32,000 nt of DNA from Nostoc sp. LEGE 12450 (GTDB lineage Bacteria > Cyanobacteriota > Cyanobacteriia > Cyanobacteriales > Nostocaceae), in contig NZ_JADEXU010000074.1 of NCBI RefSeq assembly GCF_015206895.1, positions 1-32,000 of the forward strand, in the 5' to 3' direction. Position numbers and translations under genes: made by a program. The notes below the pieces were generated by a model, which did not search any database, was not told the DNA's origin, and saw nothing but the letters and a program-made list of their open reading frames with translations. Shown in pieces: positions 16,538 to 25,596 of the stretch (position 1 is the stretch's first letter; each line of letters starts with the position of its first letter).

Positions 16538-17926
16538 TTAATCCCAGTCAGTTTGTGCTGACTGCGGTCGCACCATGTTCTTAAATTTTGTTAAGTGTGC
16601 ATCAAACAGTAGTTGGATTGTGCATGTGGCCCCATCGCGGTTTTTAGCAAGGATAATCTCTGCAATTCCTTTCTCTTGCGTATTAGTATCGTAATATTCG
16701 TCACGATACAACATAATTACTTTGTCCGCGTCCTGCTCAATCCCGCCACTGTCACGTAAATCCGAGAGCATGGGGCGTTTGTTATTACGGTTTTCTACCG
16801 CTCTTGATAGTTGCGATAAACACATAACAGGGGTCTGTAACTTCATCGCTAAACGCTTGAGTCCGCGTGTGAGCTTTTCTATCTCATTGTTTCTGTTGCC
16901 CCCGCCGTTACCATCCATCAGTTGCAGATAATCCACAACGATTAACCCCAAATCACGGCGCTCTTGTGCCATGATTTTACGGCATTCAGATTCTATATAG
17001 CTCAGTGATGGGTCTGGGCGGTCATCAAGGTAAACAGGTAGCTCTGATAGTGTGCCGATGCCCTGTGATAGTGGTTCCCATTGTTTGTTAGAGATGCGCC
17101 CAGTTTTCAAATAGCCGCTTTCTATGCCTGCCTCACCTGAAAGCGCACGCATGGCAATCTGTAGCTTTGACATTTCCAGACTGAACACGACAACCGGAAA
17201 CTGATAAGCTTGGGCTAGATGAAAAGCTATCTGAGCCGCAAACGCTGATTTCCCCATCGCCGGACGACCCGCAACGATAACTAAATCATTGCGGTTAAAC
17301 CCGCAAGTCATTGCATCAAGATCATAAAAGCCCGTGGGAATCCCAGGTAATACTTTACCTTGGCTGCGGTCTTCAATATCCTGAAACAGATTAATCACCA
17401 CTTCGGAAATGTGGCTGGCCCCCGCAGTGTCAGATGATCGCTGCAACTCATAGATAAAGTCCTGTAATTGTGAGAAGGCTTCCTCTAAGGGCGTTTCTTC
17501 ATTGGATTTGTGCTGCAATTCGATTGCAAGGTTTCCCAGTCTACCTAGTTCCCGGCGCTTCCATTTTTCCACAACTAGACCTGCCAGCGCATCAATGTTA
17601 ACTGCTGATACTGTTCTGTCAACCAGCGATGCTAACTTGTTTCGACCGCCGATAATTTCTAACAAACTATTATCAGCTAAATAATTCGTGATCATCAACA
17701 AGTCTGTGGGCAATTCTTGAGCATTAAGTCGAAGGGCTGCGTTGTAGATCCGACCATGAGCGCTGATATAGAAGTGATGCGGCTTCAAAATGTCGCGGAC
17801 ACGTTCTATGGCTGCTGGGTCAAGCAAGATGCCCCCAAGTATCGCCTCTTCAGATTCAATGCTCTGTGGTGGTAGCTTATTGGCTGTGGTGGCAAAAGGA
17901 ATTACGTTGTCGTCACTGGCGTACAT
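16538..17926 (-). CDS. dnaB: Replicative DNA helicase DnaB
   Basis: The N-terminus has PPQSIESEEAILGGILLDP. Walker A is GRPAMGKSAFA. Also present are LIVVDYLQLM, CLSQLSRAVE and RDSGGIEQDADKV, all canonical DnaB motifs. Confidence 0.95.
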   Translation of the reverse strand: MYASDDNVIPFATTANKLPPQSIESEEAILGGILLDPAAIERVRDILKPHHFYISAHGRIYNAALRLNAQELPTDLLMITNYLADNSLLEIIGGRNKLASLVDRTVSAVNIDALAGLVVEKWKRRELGRLGNLAIELQHKSNEETPLEEAFSQLQDFIYELQRSSDTAGASHISEVVINLFQDIEDRSQGKVLPGIPTGFYDLDAMTCGFNRNDLVIVAGRPAMGKSAFAAQIAFHLAQAYQFPVVVFSLEMSKLQIAMRALSGEAGIESGYLKTGRISNKQWEPLSQGIGTLSELPVYLDDRPDPSLSYIESECRKIMAQERRDLGLIVVDYLQLMDGNGGGNRNNEIEKLTRGLKRLAMKLQTPVMCLSQLSRAVENRNNKRPMLSDLRDSGGIEQDADKVIMLYRDEYYDTNTQEKGIAEIILAKNRDGATCTIQLLFDAHLTKFKNMVRPQSAQTDWD

Positions 17927-17999
17927 ATTAATCTCTGATTTCGATTAGGTCTAAATTTTTACAGTCAGATACCCAAAACCCTGAAGAGAAGGGGCTTGG

Positions 18000-19094
18000 T
18001 CAATTAGGAATATCTACAAATCTTTCAGGAAACTTGGCGCTTGCCCATTCGTACCATTTGGCAGATACTTTATGCTTGCAAAACTTAGATAGTCCCTCTG
18101 ACTGGAGCATACTGTAGTAGTGATCGTGCATCCGCGCCTCCCATCTGGGAAAATCATACTTCTTGCGCTGTTTCTCTACTTCTACGGGGTCATTAGCAAA
18201 GTTGTTAATTTTGCGCTCTAATATCCTACAACCCACTTTCCATTGCTCAAATAAGCAAAATATCTCTGTACTACCTTCATCTTTTTTAGAAAGCACTGTA
18301 GTCACGTATGGGGCAACGTTGTTAATGTCTTTGCCCTGCGATCGCTGATAGGTCTGATAGTAAAGCAGAAAATCCACTTCTTTAACTGGGTCATCACTGA
18401 AAACCAAGATTTGAGAATGATTCTCACGCGCCGCGCCGGAATTTAGATCCTCATGAGTGGATTTCTCGTTAGTTGCAGAGACTTTCTCAAAGTTAACAGC
18501 GTAGTGATTATCTGGAAGTGCTTTTTCTTGGTCAATTTCTTTGTTCCTCTTTTCCTCTTTTTTTTTCCCTCCATCGCTCTTAGAGGGATTGACTTTATTA
18601 GAGGTATTTAAGAGGGAATTACTTTCTAGCTCTGTCAGACCTACCCCCCTAGCTCTGTCAGACCTACCCCCTAGCTCTGTCAGACCTACCCCCCCGTTCT
18701 GAGAGACCTGGGTAAGGGTAGGTCTGTGTGAGCTATCCGTACAAAACTCTTTAATAATCGGTATAGGGTTTGACCAATTGCGTCTAGGCGCAACACGATA
18801 AATGCAAGTTGTACCGGGGCGAGACTCTTTGATAATCAAGCCATGTGTCGTTAAAGTCTTTAGCGATCGCTTGACCTGCGCTTCCGACATCCGACAACCT
18901 GCCGCCATGTTCTTATTGCTTTCAAAGGCTTCTCCCTTACCAGCACGTCTTACGATTCGGCTATATATACGAAATGAATATGGATCAAGCCCAAAATCGT
19001 CTAATTCTTTGTGGACAAAAATAAAATTAAAATCATCTCTGTCGTCATGTGCTACATAGCCATGCGCTTGTTCTACATTTCGAGAGTTCATCAT
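18000..19094 (-). CDS. Putative plasmid replication initiator (N-terminal winged-helix DNA-binding domain), directly upstream of dnaB
   Basis: The wHTH-like segment is YSFRIYSRIVRRAGKGEAFESNKNMAAGCRMSEAQVKRSLKTLTTHGLIIKE. Iteron-like repeats sit inside the gene, and it is co-oriented with dnaB at a 73-nt gap. The function is inferred from context. Confidence 0.7.
   Translation of the reverse strand: MMNSRNVEQAHGYVAHDDRDDFNFIFVHKELDDFGLDPYSFRIYSRIVRRAGKGEAFESNKNMAAGCRMSEAQVKRSLKTLTTHGLIIKESRPGTTCIYRVAPRRNWSNPIPIIKEFCTDSSHRPTLTQVSQNGGVGLTELGGRSDRARGVGLTELESNSLLNTSNKVNPSKSDGGKKKEEKRNKEIDQEKALPDNHYAVNFEKVSATNEKSTHEDLNSGAARENHSQILVFSDDPVKEVDFLLYYQTYQRSQGKDINNVAPYVTTVLSKKDEGSTEIFCLFEQWKVGCRILERKINNFANDPVEVEKQRKKYDFPRWEARMHDHYYSMLQSEGLSKFCKHKVSAKWYEWASAKFPERFVDIPN
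18627..18726. repeat. Iteron-like repeats: three direct 22-nt copies plus one partial inverted copy
   Basis: tagctctgtcagacctaccccc occurs at 18627, 18650 and 18672 (spacing 23 and 22 nt). gggtaggtctg at 18716-18726 is the reverse complement of the core cagacctaccc. Because the period is not a multiple of 3, the copies translate in different frames (GVGLTEL / GGRSDRA / RGVGLTELES). Confidence 0.75.
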
Positions 19095-19242
19095 GTTACA
19101 TTCCGAAGTATTTGTAATATTTCGGATAACTCCCTTGCAACGCGAACGCAGAACTGCTTATCATAGAGTCAGCGATCGCGGTTCCGAAAAGTCCTACCAC
19201 AGACAATTTCGTTTCGGAGTTACCGCTTGTGTACAGCCAAAT

Positions 19243-19288
19243 AATCAAGAAACCCGCTTAGATTCCCGTCCGAGCGGGTTTCTTGATT
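19243..19288. other. Perfect 15-bp stem-loop upstream of the rep-like gene
   Basis: aatcaagaaacccgc (19243-19257) and gcgggtttcttgatt (19274-19288), with a 16-nt loop. Confidence 0.6.
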
Positions 19289-19463
19289 GGAACACGGGGC
19301 AAACATTTGGCTAACTGTCTGCCCTTTGGCTCTCTCATATCCTTGCCCTGTGGCTTTTGGATATTACACCCAGTTTCACGCCTTACTGGGACGGCGTTTT
19401 TGCCTATCCAGGCTCCATTGCTCTCCCGCTTCAGTCTCCACATCCGCAAGTTCGCATAATCAA

Positions 19464-19497
19464 CCCCGTAGGCGGGGCAACTGTATATATATATATT
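19464..19497. other. Short GC hairpin followed by a (TA)6 run, a candidate DNA-unwinding element of the origin region
   Basis: ccccgtaggcgggg is followed by tatatatatatat (19484-19496). It lies in the 466-nt non-coding gap between the rep-like gene and the XRE gene. Confidence 0.3.
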
Positions 19498-19560
19498 GTT
19501 TTAAGCGCTCGTCTATATCGTTTAGCCGCTCTGTTATGTCCTGTGGCTGGTCGGTGTTGA

Positions 19561-19797
19561 TCATTTATCCTCCTTGTCTTCTTTAATTTCTTCTGGTGGA
19601 ACCCAGTAAATTAACTCGCTGGGCTGGACACGGTAAAAATCGCAGATTTTGTTTAAAGCTGTAACTTGTGGTATCCAATCAGGATTATCGTATAAGTTGT
19701 AAGCGGTACTGGGTGCTATGCCCGTATCTTTTTGAAAGCGATAGCGAGTAATCCCCAAACCGTCTACAAATTTCTTGACTTGGTTCCTTATAGGCAT
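19561..19797 (-). CDS. XRE/Cro-type helix-turn-helix transcriptional regulator (78 aa)
   Basis: The sequence VKKFVDGLGITRYRFQKDTGIAPSTAYNLYDNP...LNKICDFYRVQPSELI fits a classic Cro/CI HTH. It is divergent from the 19991-25261 operon. Confidence 0.85.
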   Translation of the reverse strand: MPIRNQVKKFVDGLGITRYRFQKDTGIAPSTAYNLYDNPDWIPQVTALNKICDFYRVQPSELIYWVPPEEIKEDKEDK

Positions 19798-19876
19798 TCA
19801 GTAACAATAAACGGTTATCAATACAACCATTTATCATTGCTAATTTCCAACCGTTAGTAAATGCCAATCGATTTAT

Positions 19877-19918
19877 ATTAATGAGCGCTTGACATTAATG
19901 AGCGGTTGTAGTTAATAT
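19877..19918 (+). promoter_or_regulatory. Candidate sigma-70-type promoter with two direct operator-like repeats
   Basis: TTGACA lies at 19889-19894, and after an 18-nt spacer TAATAT lies at 19913-19918. attaatgagcg is repeated at 19877-19887 and 19894-19904. A 9-bp hairpin gtgtccggg/cccggacac follows at 19923-19958. Confidence 0.45.
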
Positions 19919-20053
19919 CATAGTGTCCGGGTTATCGATACGTCAATAGCCCGGACACAGTTATCTAGCTATAAACACAGATTATCTGTATTGCGTCCGC
20001 TCTATATCTGCGGTCGTGGTAATTGTGCGTGGGAGCATCACAAGCGAGGATTC

Positions 20054-20623
20054 ATGCATATCAATTTACGCAATTTAGAAGCAATCAACGAACTACCCCT
20101 TCAGAGAACAATGCTTAATCAAAATCAATTACGAAGGTTAGAAGCAATAGATCGCTGGCTCATAGAAATCCGAGATTCGGAGGAATTCAAACAACTAGAA
20201 TACTCCCCAGATGTGATGCTAGGGGATGCAATACAAGCAGTGGGCGAACTACTTGACGAACACGATCATTGTGATTCCAAGCCCTTGAATTTTACTAATT
20301 CAGAGTGGCATTCATATCTAGAACAAAAGCCAGTAATGCACATTCGCCGCGTGAAGACTTGGCGTGAAAAGATTAACTCATTCATACTCGATGCAGCATC
20401 AGAAGTAGCAATTCTGAGCTTGGTAACTACTAGTTTTATGGTTGTTGGTACTATCTTTTGTCACGGCGTTGACCGCATTGAAGAAAGTAGAGGCGAGGAA
20501 TATGAACCCACATGGATCTACAACGCCAAGATTTTTGAAGGAAGCGCCATCGCCTCTATCGCCGTCTTCCTGGGTGCAAGCTTAACAGGCGCGTGTGTCG
20601 CGGGAGATAAAAATGATGATTGA
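20054..20623 (+). CDS. Hypothetical protein with two C-terminal transmembrane helices (ORF open from TTG 19991)
   Basis: ATG 20054 is preceded by GAGGA. Hydrophobic stretches: VAILSLVTTSFMVVGTIF and AIASIAVFLGASLTGACV. Confidence 0.6.
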   Translation: MHINLRNLEAINELPLQRTMLNQNQLRRLEAIDRWLIEIRDSEEFKQLEYSPDVMLGDAIQAVGELLDEHDHCDSKPLNFTNSEWHSYLEQKPVMHIRRVKTWREKINSFILDAASEVAILSLVTTSFMVVGTIFCHGVDRIEESRGEEYEPTWIYNAKIFEGSAIASIAVFLGASLTGACVAGDKNDD

Positions 20624-20885
20624 TAAAGAGCTTGTAGGATGCGTCACGCTATTGAGCCAGAGCAAAACTTACTTCATTGATGGAACGCTGTACAGATATT
20701 TAACAAGCAGTGACAGTATCAACCACACACAATATTATTTCCGTCCTTTACCGCGTCAGTCTAAGAGTGCTGACTTAAAGCTCAATCGTGACAAAGTACT
20801 AAGGCGCTGCTACGAAGTGCCGAGCTTATATAAACAGCACACAGCAGAGATAACGAAGAACTCAATACAGTTGAGTTTGTTCTAA
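20613..20885 (+). CDS. Hypothetical small protein
   Basis: ATG 20613 is preceded by GGGAGA. It overlaps the previous stop by 11 nt. I recognise no motif. Confidence 0.5.
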   Translation: MMIDKELVGCVTLLSQSKTYFIDGTLYRYLTSSDSINHTQYYFRPLPRQSKSADLKLNRDKVLRRCYEVPSLYKQHTAEITKNSIQLSLF

Positions 20886-21212
20886 CCATTGGTAACAGAT
20901 ACTACCGCGCATCGTGGACAAAGGCTTTGACACAAGCGCGTCAACTAGTCCAAAAGGGGCGCTTTTACCGGGGTAAAAGGAATTTTGTCAATATATCAGA
21001 AACTCTGGCAAGCCTTGTTATTGCGTGATTATAGCCGACGAAAAAAAGACAAAGGCAATTTTTCAGAGTTATTTTTCAGGGTTATTGATAGGTTTCAGCT
21101 AGCGGGTCGTATCAAATACCCCTTTTCAGCTAATTACATACATCAAATACCTTGGATGCATTCGGAATACGCATCGATTTTATACACACCTAAGTAATAC
21201 TTTGGGGGTAAT

Positions 21213-21722
21213 GTGGCAACGAAACAGTATATCGCTAAGTATCATCAGCTAAAACAAATTTACGAGCGTGAGTTAGGAAAAGAGATTGCTGATATCACTT
21301 GGTATCGAGTGGTGGCTACTTTGAAACAGCATTTTAATTTCAACGTGCTGGGTAGCGACGCGAATAAGATAGTTGAGACATTCGCCGGATTTAAACGGCG
21401 CTACGGCAGCTTTACAGGTCGGGGTGAGGGGTTTAGTGAACGCTGGCAAGCATTCAGACATTTCTATGAAATGGATGCTCAATATCAGGGTGGAGAGTTC
21501 TTAAAGCTTCTTGCAGAGCATCTAAAAATCAACCTTGACGATGTACCACGCAGCACTCGTTACTACTGGTTTGAGAAAGCCGGGCTATCTTTCAGCGCTG
21601 AAAATATTTACCACTGCAAGGATTTAGCCCTTGTTGCGTTTATTGCTGCTAAATGGGCAATCAACAGACGACCGCAACCGATAAAATCCGCAACGATCTC
21701 AGTTTTAACACTAGCCCTTTAA
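21213..21722 (+). CDS. Hypothetical protein (169 aa)
   Basis: GTG start preceded by GGGGG. I recognise no motif. Confidence 0.55.
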   Translation: MATKQYIAKYHQLKQIYERELGKEIADITWYRVVATLKQHFNFNVLGSDANKIVETFAGFKRRYGSFTGRGEGFSERWQAFRHFYEMDAQYQGGEFLKLLAEHLKINLDDVPRSTRYYWFEKAGLSFSAENIYHCKDLALVAFIAAKWAINRRPQPIKSATISVLTLAL

Positions 21723-21734
21723 GGAGCAATCATC

Positions 21735-22385
21735 ATGTCTGACAAGTTTACTAACAATGTCCGCGCTCGTTTGTACAAACAGGGTTATCAAGGATTTACC
21801 AAAGACGATTACACAACAGCAGCGATCGCTGTAGAGTGCGATGACCTTGACAATCCCACCAAAGAGCAATTGAGCCAAGCCGTTGACTATCTCAAAGTCA
21901 AATCGACAAGCCAATTATCTGTAACTGATGAACCCGTTGAAGAAACCTTTCTTGTAGGCGTAGAAGATGCACAGCCTGAAGTTGAATCTAATCAGCTTAC
22001 AGTTGCCGAACCAGAAAATCAGATTGTGCTGACAGACCTTGAAAAGCAATCCCTCGTTGCAGATATTGCACAGGGAGCGGGAATTGAACTAAAAGCGGCG
22101 GATGTGAAACAGATTACAGTGTCCATTGCTTCCACCTTCGCATCTAGAAAGGAGTTGAACGAGGCGATTTTTAACGCCCTCGTCCACTTTGCAAGGGAAT
22201 TTAAGAATCAAGAAGTATCCAAAATCCGACGCAAAGCCGACGAAATCAGGCAGACACTCGCAGAAATGGATGATGTTGCAGGCAGTGAACTGACCCAGAT
22301 TAAACAGGCGATGGAGGCCACCGCCCTGGACTACAAAAGCCAGTTTGCAGACCTCGCGTTATCTTTCGCCGGAATCATCGATTAA
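21735..22385 (+). CDS. Hypothetical acidic protein (216 aa)
   Basis: The ATG follows AAGGAG (21720-21725). The composition is E/D/Q-rich. Confidence 0.7.
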   Translation: MSDKFTNNVRARLYKQGYQGFTKDDYTTAAIAVECDDLDNPTKEQLSQAVDYLKVKSTSQLSVTDEPVEETFLVGVEDAQPEVESNQLTVAEPENQIVLTDLEKQSLVADIAQGAGIELKAADVKQITVSIASTFASRKELNEAIFNALVHFAREFKNQEVSKIRRKADEIRQTLAEMDDVAGSELTQIKQAMEATALDYKSQFADLALSFAGIID

Positions 22386-22513
22386 GCCCGGAGGCAAGCT
22401 CACTTACAAACATCTGTTAATTGGGCTTGTGGGGATACCGTTGCTCATTGCACTGCTGGCCCCCCTCTCTCAATGGTTTATCAAAGAATGTTGCACATAC
22501 AGGAGTCAAAAAC

Positions 22514-23161
22514 GTGAAGCATATCAAGAATATCGTTGGTAAGCACGGTAAAAAGCTGAAGGCAAGGGCTGAGAAATTAGGCGTTGCAGACAGCTTAATC
22601 ATGGGTTGCATCAATGGCGACGATGCAGCGCTGACCAAAGTAGGGGAAATGGGTAACGAGGGTGAGCGCATCTTAACCATCATGCCCTACATCACAGATA
22701 ATCTATCCGCGTTTATCAAAGGTACTGAGGAATATAACAAAGGACTTGCAGAGATTTACAAGCAAGCTGGTGCGTCTGGTATTGCTCTCGACAAAGCTAA
22801 TGCCGATTTAACGATCGCAAATTTAAAGTACGGTCATGAGCGCTCAGAAATCGGATTGAAGCTGGCCAGCGACCGCACACTAGAGAATCAGCGCTACAGA
22901 GAAAGCATCGACCTAGTTAAGCTCAAGGCTTACATCGACTATCACATGAGTAAGGTTGACCATCTAGCGGCTGCTAAATCGCAGTTAGCCCGACCTGTAA
23001 AGGCACAGTTAGACGCTGACAGAACTTATGAGATGGAGAAAGCCAAACACCTTCTAACCTATGGTGAAAGCTCAGACCTTGATTTAGTGCCTCGTAAGTC
23101 ATTTACAACTAACAAATTAGTGCAAGCGTTCCGTACTGCTGTTTCTACGATTTTCGAGTAA
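22514..23161 (+). CDS. Hypothetical protein (ORF open from 22421; preferred start GTG 22514)
   Basis: AGGAG at 22501-22505 lies 8 nt upstream of GTG 22514. The sequence looks helical or coiled-coil. Confidence 0.6.
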   Translation: MKHIKNIVGKHGKKLKARAEKLGVADSLIMGCINGDDAALTKVGEMGNEGERILTIMPYITDNLSAFIKGTEEYNKGLAEIYKQAGASGIALDKANADLTIANLKYGHERSEIGLKLASDRTLENQRYRESIDLVKLKAYIDYHMSKVDHLAAAKSQLARPVKAQLDADRTYEMEKAKHLLTYGESSDLDLVPRKSFTTNKLVQAFRTAVSTIFE

Positions 23162-23216
23162 TCAGCATAGTTAAATCCCCTACCAAGTAAGCACTCAGTA
23201 GGGGAAATCAAAGTTA

Positions 23217-23810
23217 GTGATGACAACAATGTTAGATGAACTTGACACCGAATTGCAAGACGGGGACACTGAACAATCACGCTTCTATCAAGACTTTCCT
23301 GATACTGCGTTTACCCAGGATGAACAAGAAGCTATTAAAAGATTCAAGTCCAAGGAAATTGAAAAACTTAATCGTAGTCGCGCTGTCTTGAAAGGCATTG
23401 AATCCTGCGGCTGGGGTGTTACTTCCTATTGCTTGGCTAAGTATTTAGTAATAGCTACAGGCTCGGCGGGGCTAATGCCTGCGGTCGCTATTGTGTTAGG
23501 AATTAATCAAATAGTCAATCGTGATTTGTTGGAGTTCACCGTAAACAAGTCTCCTGAAGGATGGGTTTTTACGGACATGGACAAGGCAATTAAATTTCTC
23601 TTTCAAACAATATTCGGATGCTTTATTTTGTGGACTGCCATCGGTGATTTCTACACCACAATGCAGAACTCACACAAGACTTACGACAACATCAAAGCGA
23701 CTGTAGAAGATTTTAACCGTCTGCCAGAATCAGACAAAACTATCGTGTTTGTGGTGGGTGCATTAGTGGCAGGTGGTGTTGTTTACGGCATCCACAAATC
23801 CAAGTCATGA
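23217..23810 (+). CDS. Hypothetical integral membrane protein (197 aa)
   Basis: It has several hydrophobic helices (VTSYCLAKYLVIATGSAGLMPAVAIVLGI, FGCFILWTAIGDF, IVFVVGALVAGGVVYGI). Its stop overlaps the next start (ATGA). Confidence 0.7.
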   Translation: MMTTMLDELDTELQDGDTEQSRFYQDFPDTAFTQDEQEAIKRFKSKEIEKLNRSRAVLKGIESCGWGVTSYCLAKYLVIATGSAGLMPAVAIVLGINQIVNRDLLEFTVNKSPEGWVFTDMDKAIKFLFQTIFGCFILWTAIGDFYTTMQNSHKTYDNIKATVEDFNRLPESDKTIVFVVGALVAGGVVYGIHKSKS

Positions 23811-25261
23811 AAGCTCAATCCCTACTAAAAGTTGGTGCTATCACAGCTTTACTTTTAGGGCTGGCGAGTGCTTATTACTACGGGCAGACACCGCACCCTT
23901 ATCAGTTTACTGAAGTGCGATTTTGTCCGGTAACAGCTAATAAACGCACAATTAAGCATTATAAATTACCTGCAAAATCACAATCGGCACTTGATAATAA
24001 ATACTGCCGTTTCAAGTACAGATTGCTCACAGAAGTATGGAAGTCACGACAGTTTAATGATGTTGTGTCTCTCCCTGATGGTGCTTTCATTACGTCAGAT
24101 TTGGCTCCATCGTCCAATCCTAGCCTGTGGTTATTAGTCGCACCCGCTTTTGTTTGGATGGGTTATTACTGCTGGGCTGCCAAAGATGAGATTGATAACG
24201 AGTCAAGTTTTCAACGTTTGGAGTCCTTCAAAACATCCATCAAGCGCCAAGGTTTAATTACTAGGACTGAGCGCGATTTGCAGTCATACGAATCAGGACG
24301 GATATCAGACAAGCATAAGAAGGACATCGACAGACGCGCTGATAATTTGTTAGTCCAAGAACGATATATCTCCTTAGAGGAATTGCAGCAACAGTACCAG
24401 CGTCAATCAGAGCTTGAAGATTTACAGTTTGATAATACTAAAAAACAGTTCGCTGTCGCTGACTCCGTAGCTGACAAATCCATTGCTGAAAATAGAAGAG
24501 ATAAGCGCAAGGCGGACGCAGAAAACATCAATCCCAGTAGTGAAGCATCTCAGGCTCCACAAGGCACGAGCGCCCAAGAATTAGTTCAACTTTTGAAAAA
24601 TCATGAGGGTGGCTGGCTATGGGATGTCATCGAATCAACAAAACCAGTTTGGGTGTTGGGAGGCCAAGGTAGTGGTAAAAGCAGTTTTGCTGCATCAATT
24701 GTTATGTGTAGGAAGGTGATTTTTGATTGGAATATTACATCAATCGTTGATGCTCATGGACATAAGAACAGAGCTAAATCTTGGAAGTTGTTGATACCTT
24801 TAGAGCCAGAATTAATCGGCGAACGCAACGATTATTTAGCTATTGGTGAGGCAATGAATGAAGCTGTTCAACGTTGGAGTGACCGCACAGAAAACGACAG
24901 ACCCATTCAAACACTTTGGGATGAATTAACACAACTTTCTCTGCAAGATGATTGTAAAGAATCAGTCAAAAAATTTGTGAGACATTCACTTACTGACGTT
25001 CGCAAGGCTGCCGAATATCTAGTTTGTATTTCTCATGCTTTTACTAATGCCGCCAGTGGCAATGCTGAGGGTTTTAATGATTTAAGGCAAAGCGAAACTA
25101 TCCAAATCAAGCGCAAGTCAAAGAACGGTCGCGTACCTCTAAACCATGCTGAAATTAGTGGTCTTTATGATGACGACGGAAATCTGATTGAATCGAAGCG
25201 CGTCACAGTTCCAGACTGGTTTTATCCTGATAGCTTGCTCAGATTTCTTAGCGGTCGTTAG
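23807..25261 (+). CDS. Membrane-anchored P-loop NTPase (484 aa), a possible DNA-transfer or assembly ATPase
   Basis: N-terminal TM helix (VGAITALLLGLASAYYY) and a second helix (LWLLVAPAFVWMGYYCW). A charged coiled-coil follows. Walker A is VLGGQGSGKSSFA, and the Walker-B-like motif is IQTLWDELTQ. Confidence 0.8.
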   Translation: MKAQSLLKVGAITALLLGLASAYYYGQTPHPYQFTEVRFCPVTANKRTIKHYKLPAKSQSALDNKYCRFKYRLLTEVWKSRQFNDVVSLPDGAFITSDLAPSSNPSLWLLVAPAFVWMGYYCWAAKDEIDNESSFQRLESFKTSIKRQGLITRTERDLQSYESGRISDKHKKDIDRRADNLLVQERYISLEELQQQYQRQSELEDLQFDNTKKQFAVADSVADKSIAENRRDKRKADAENINPSSEASQAPQGTSAQELVQLLKNHEGGWLWDVIESTKPVWVLGGQGSGKSSFAASIVMCRKVIFDWNITSIVDAHGHKNRAKSWKLLIPLEPELIGERNDYLAIGEAMNEAVQRWSDRTENDRPIQTLWDELTQLSLQDDCKESVKKFVRHSLTDVRKAAEYLVCISHAFTNAASGNAEGFNDLRQSETIQIKRKSKNGRVPLNHAEISGLYDDDGNLIESKRVTVPDWFYPDSLLRFLSGR

Positions 25262-25338
25262 AGAAATATTTATCGTCAGTCACAAAACCTGAAAACTTTG
25301 TCGATTAGTCGATTAAAAATAGTGAGGGATTTACATTT

Positions 25339-25545
25339 ATGCACCCAATAGAATTTAAGAAAAAGTGGCAATTAACTTACAACGAGCTAGCACTCGTCTT
25401 AGGTTACGAAAATGATTTCACTGTCCGTTGTTGGGGGATAAATGGAGGACACAGGCGCAACCCTCAAAAAGTTGTTTATGTCGCTTGTCACCTTCTAGAT
25501 GAAAAATGGTCATCTGAGGGGAAACAAATAGATTCTTACCTTTGA
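25339..25545 (+). CDS. Small hypothetical protein (68 aa), copy 1 of a tandem pair
   Basis: The protein begins MHPIEFKKKWQLTYNELALVLGY... It is ~75% identical to the adjacent copy. Confidence 0.7.
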   Translation: MHPIEFKKKWQLTYNELALVLGYENDFTVRCWGINGGHRRNPQKVVYVACHLLDEKWSSEGKQIDSYL

Positions 25546-25596
25546 TAATTTATATCCGCGTGTCTGCTAATTAATTACTTGAAATAGGTGAATACT

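Noticed and set aside
19093-19586. ORFs 19093-19314, 19258-19449 (minus strand), 19287-19586 and 19357-19560.
   Set aside because: They overlap each other on both strands in a structured region (hairpins and a TA tract) and have no recognisable motifs. I treat the region as a non-coding origin or control region.
20985-21197. 70-aa TTG-start ORF between operon genes.
   Set aside because: It has no ribosome-binding context or motif and uses a TTG start. It could be real, but the evidence is too weak to list as a feature.
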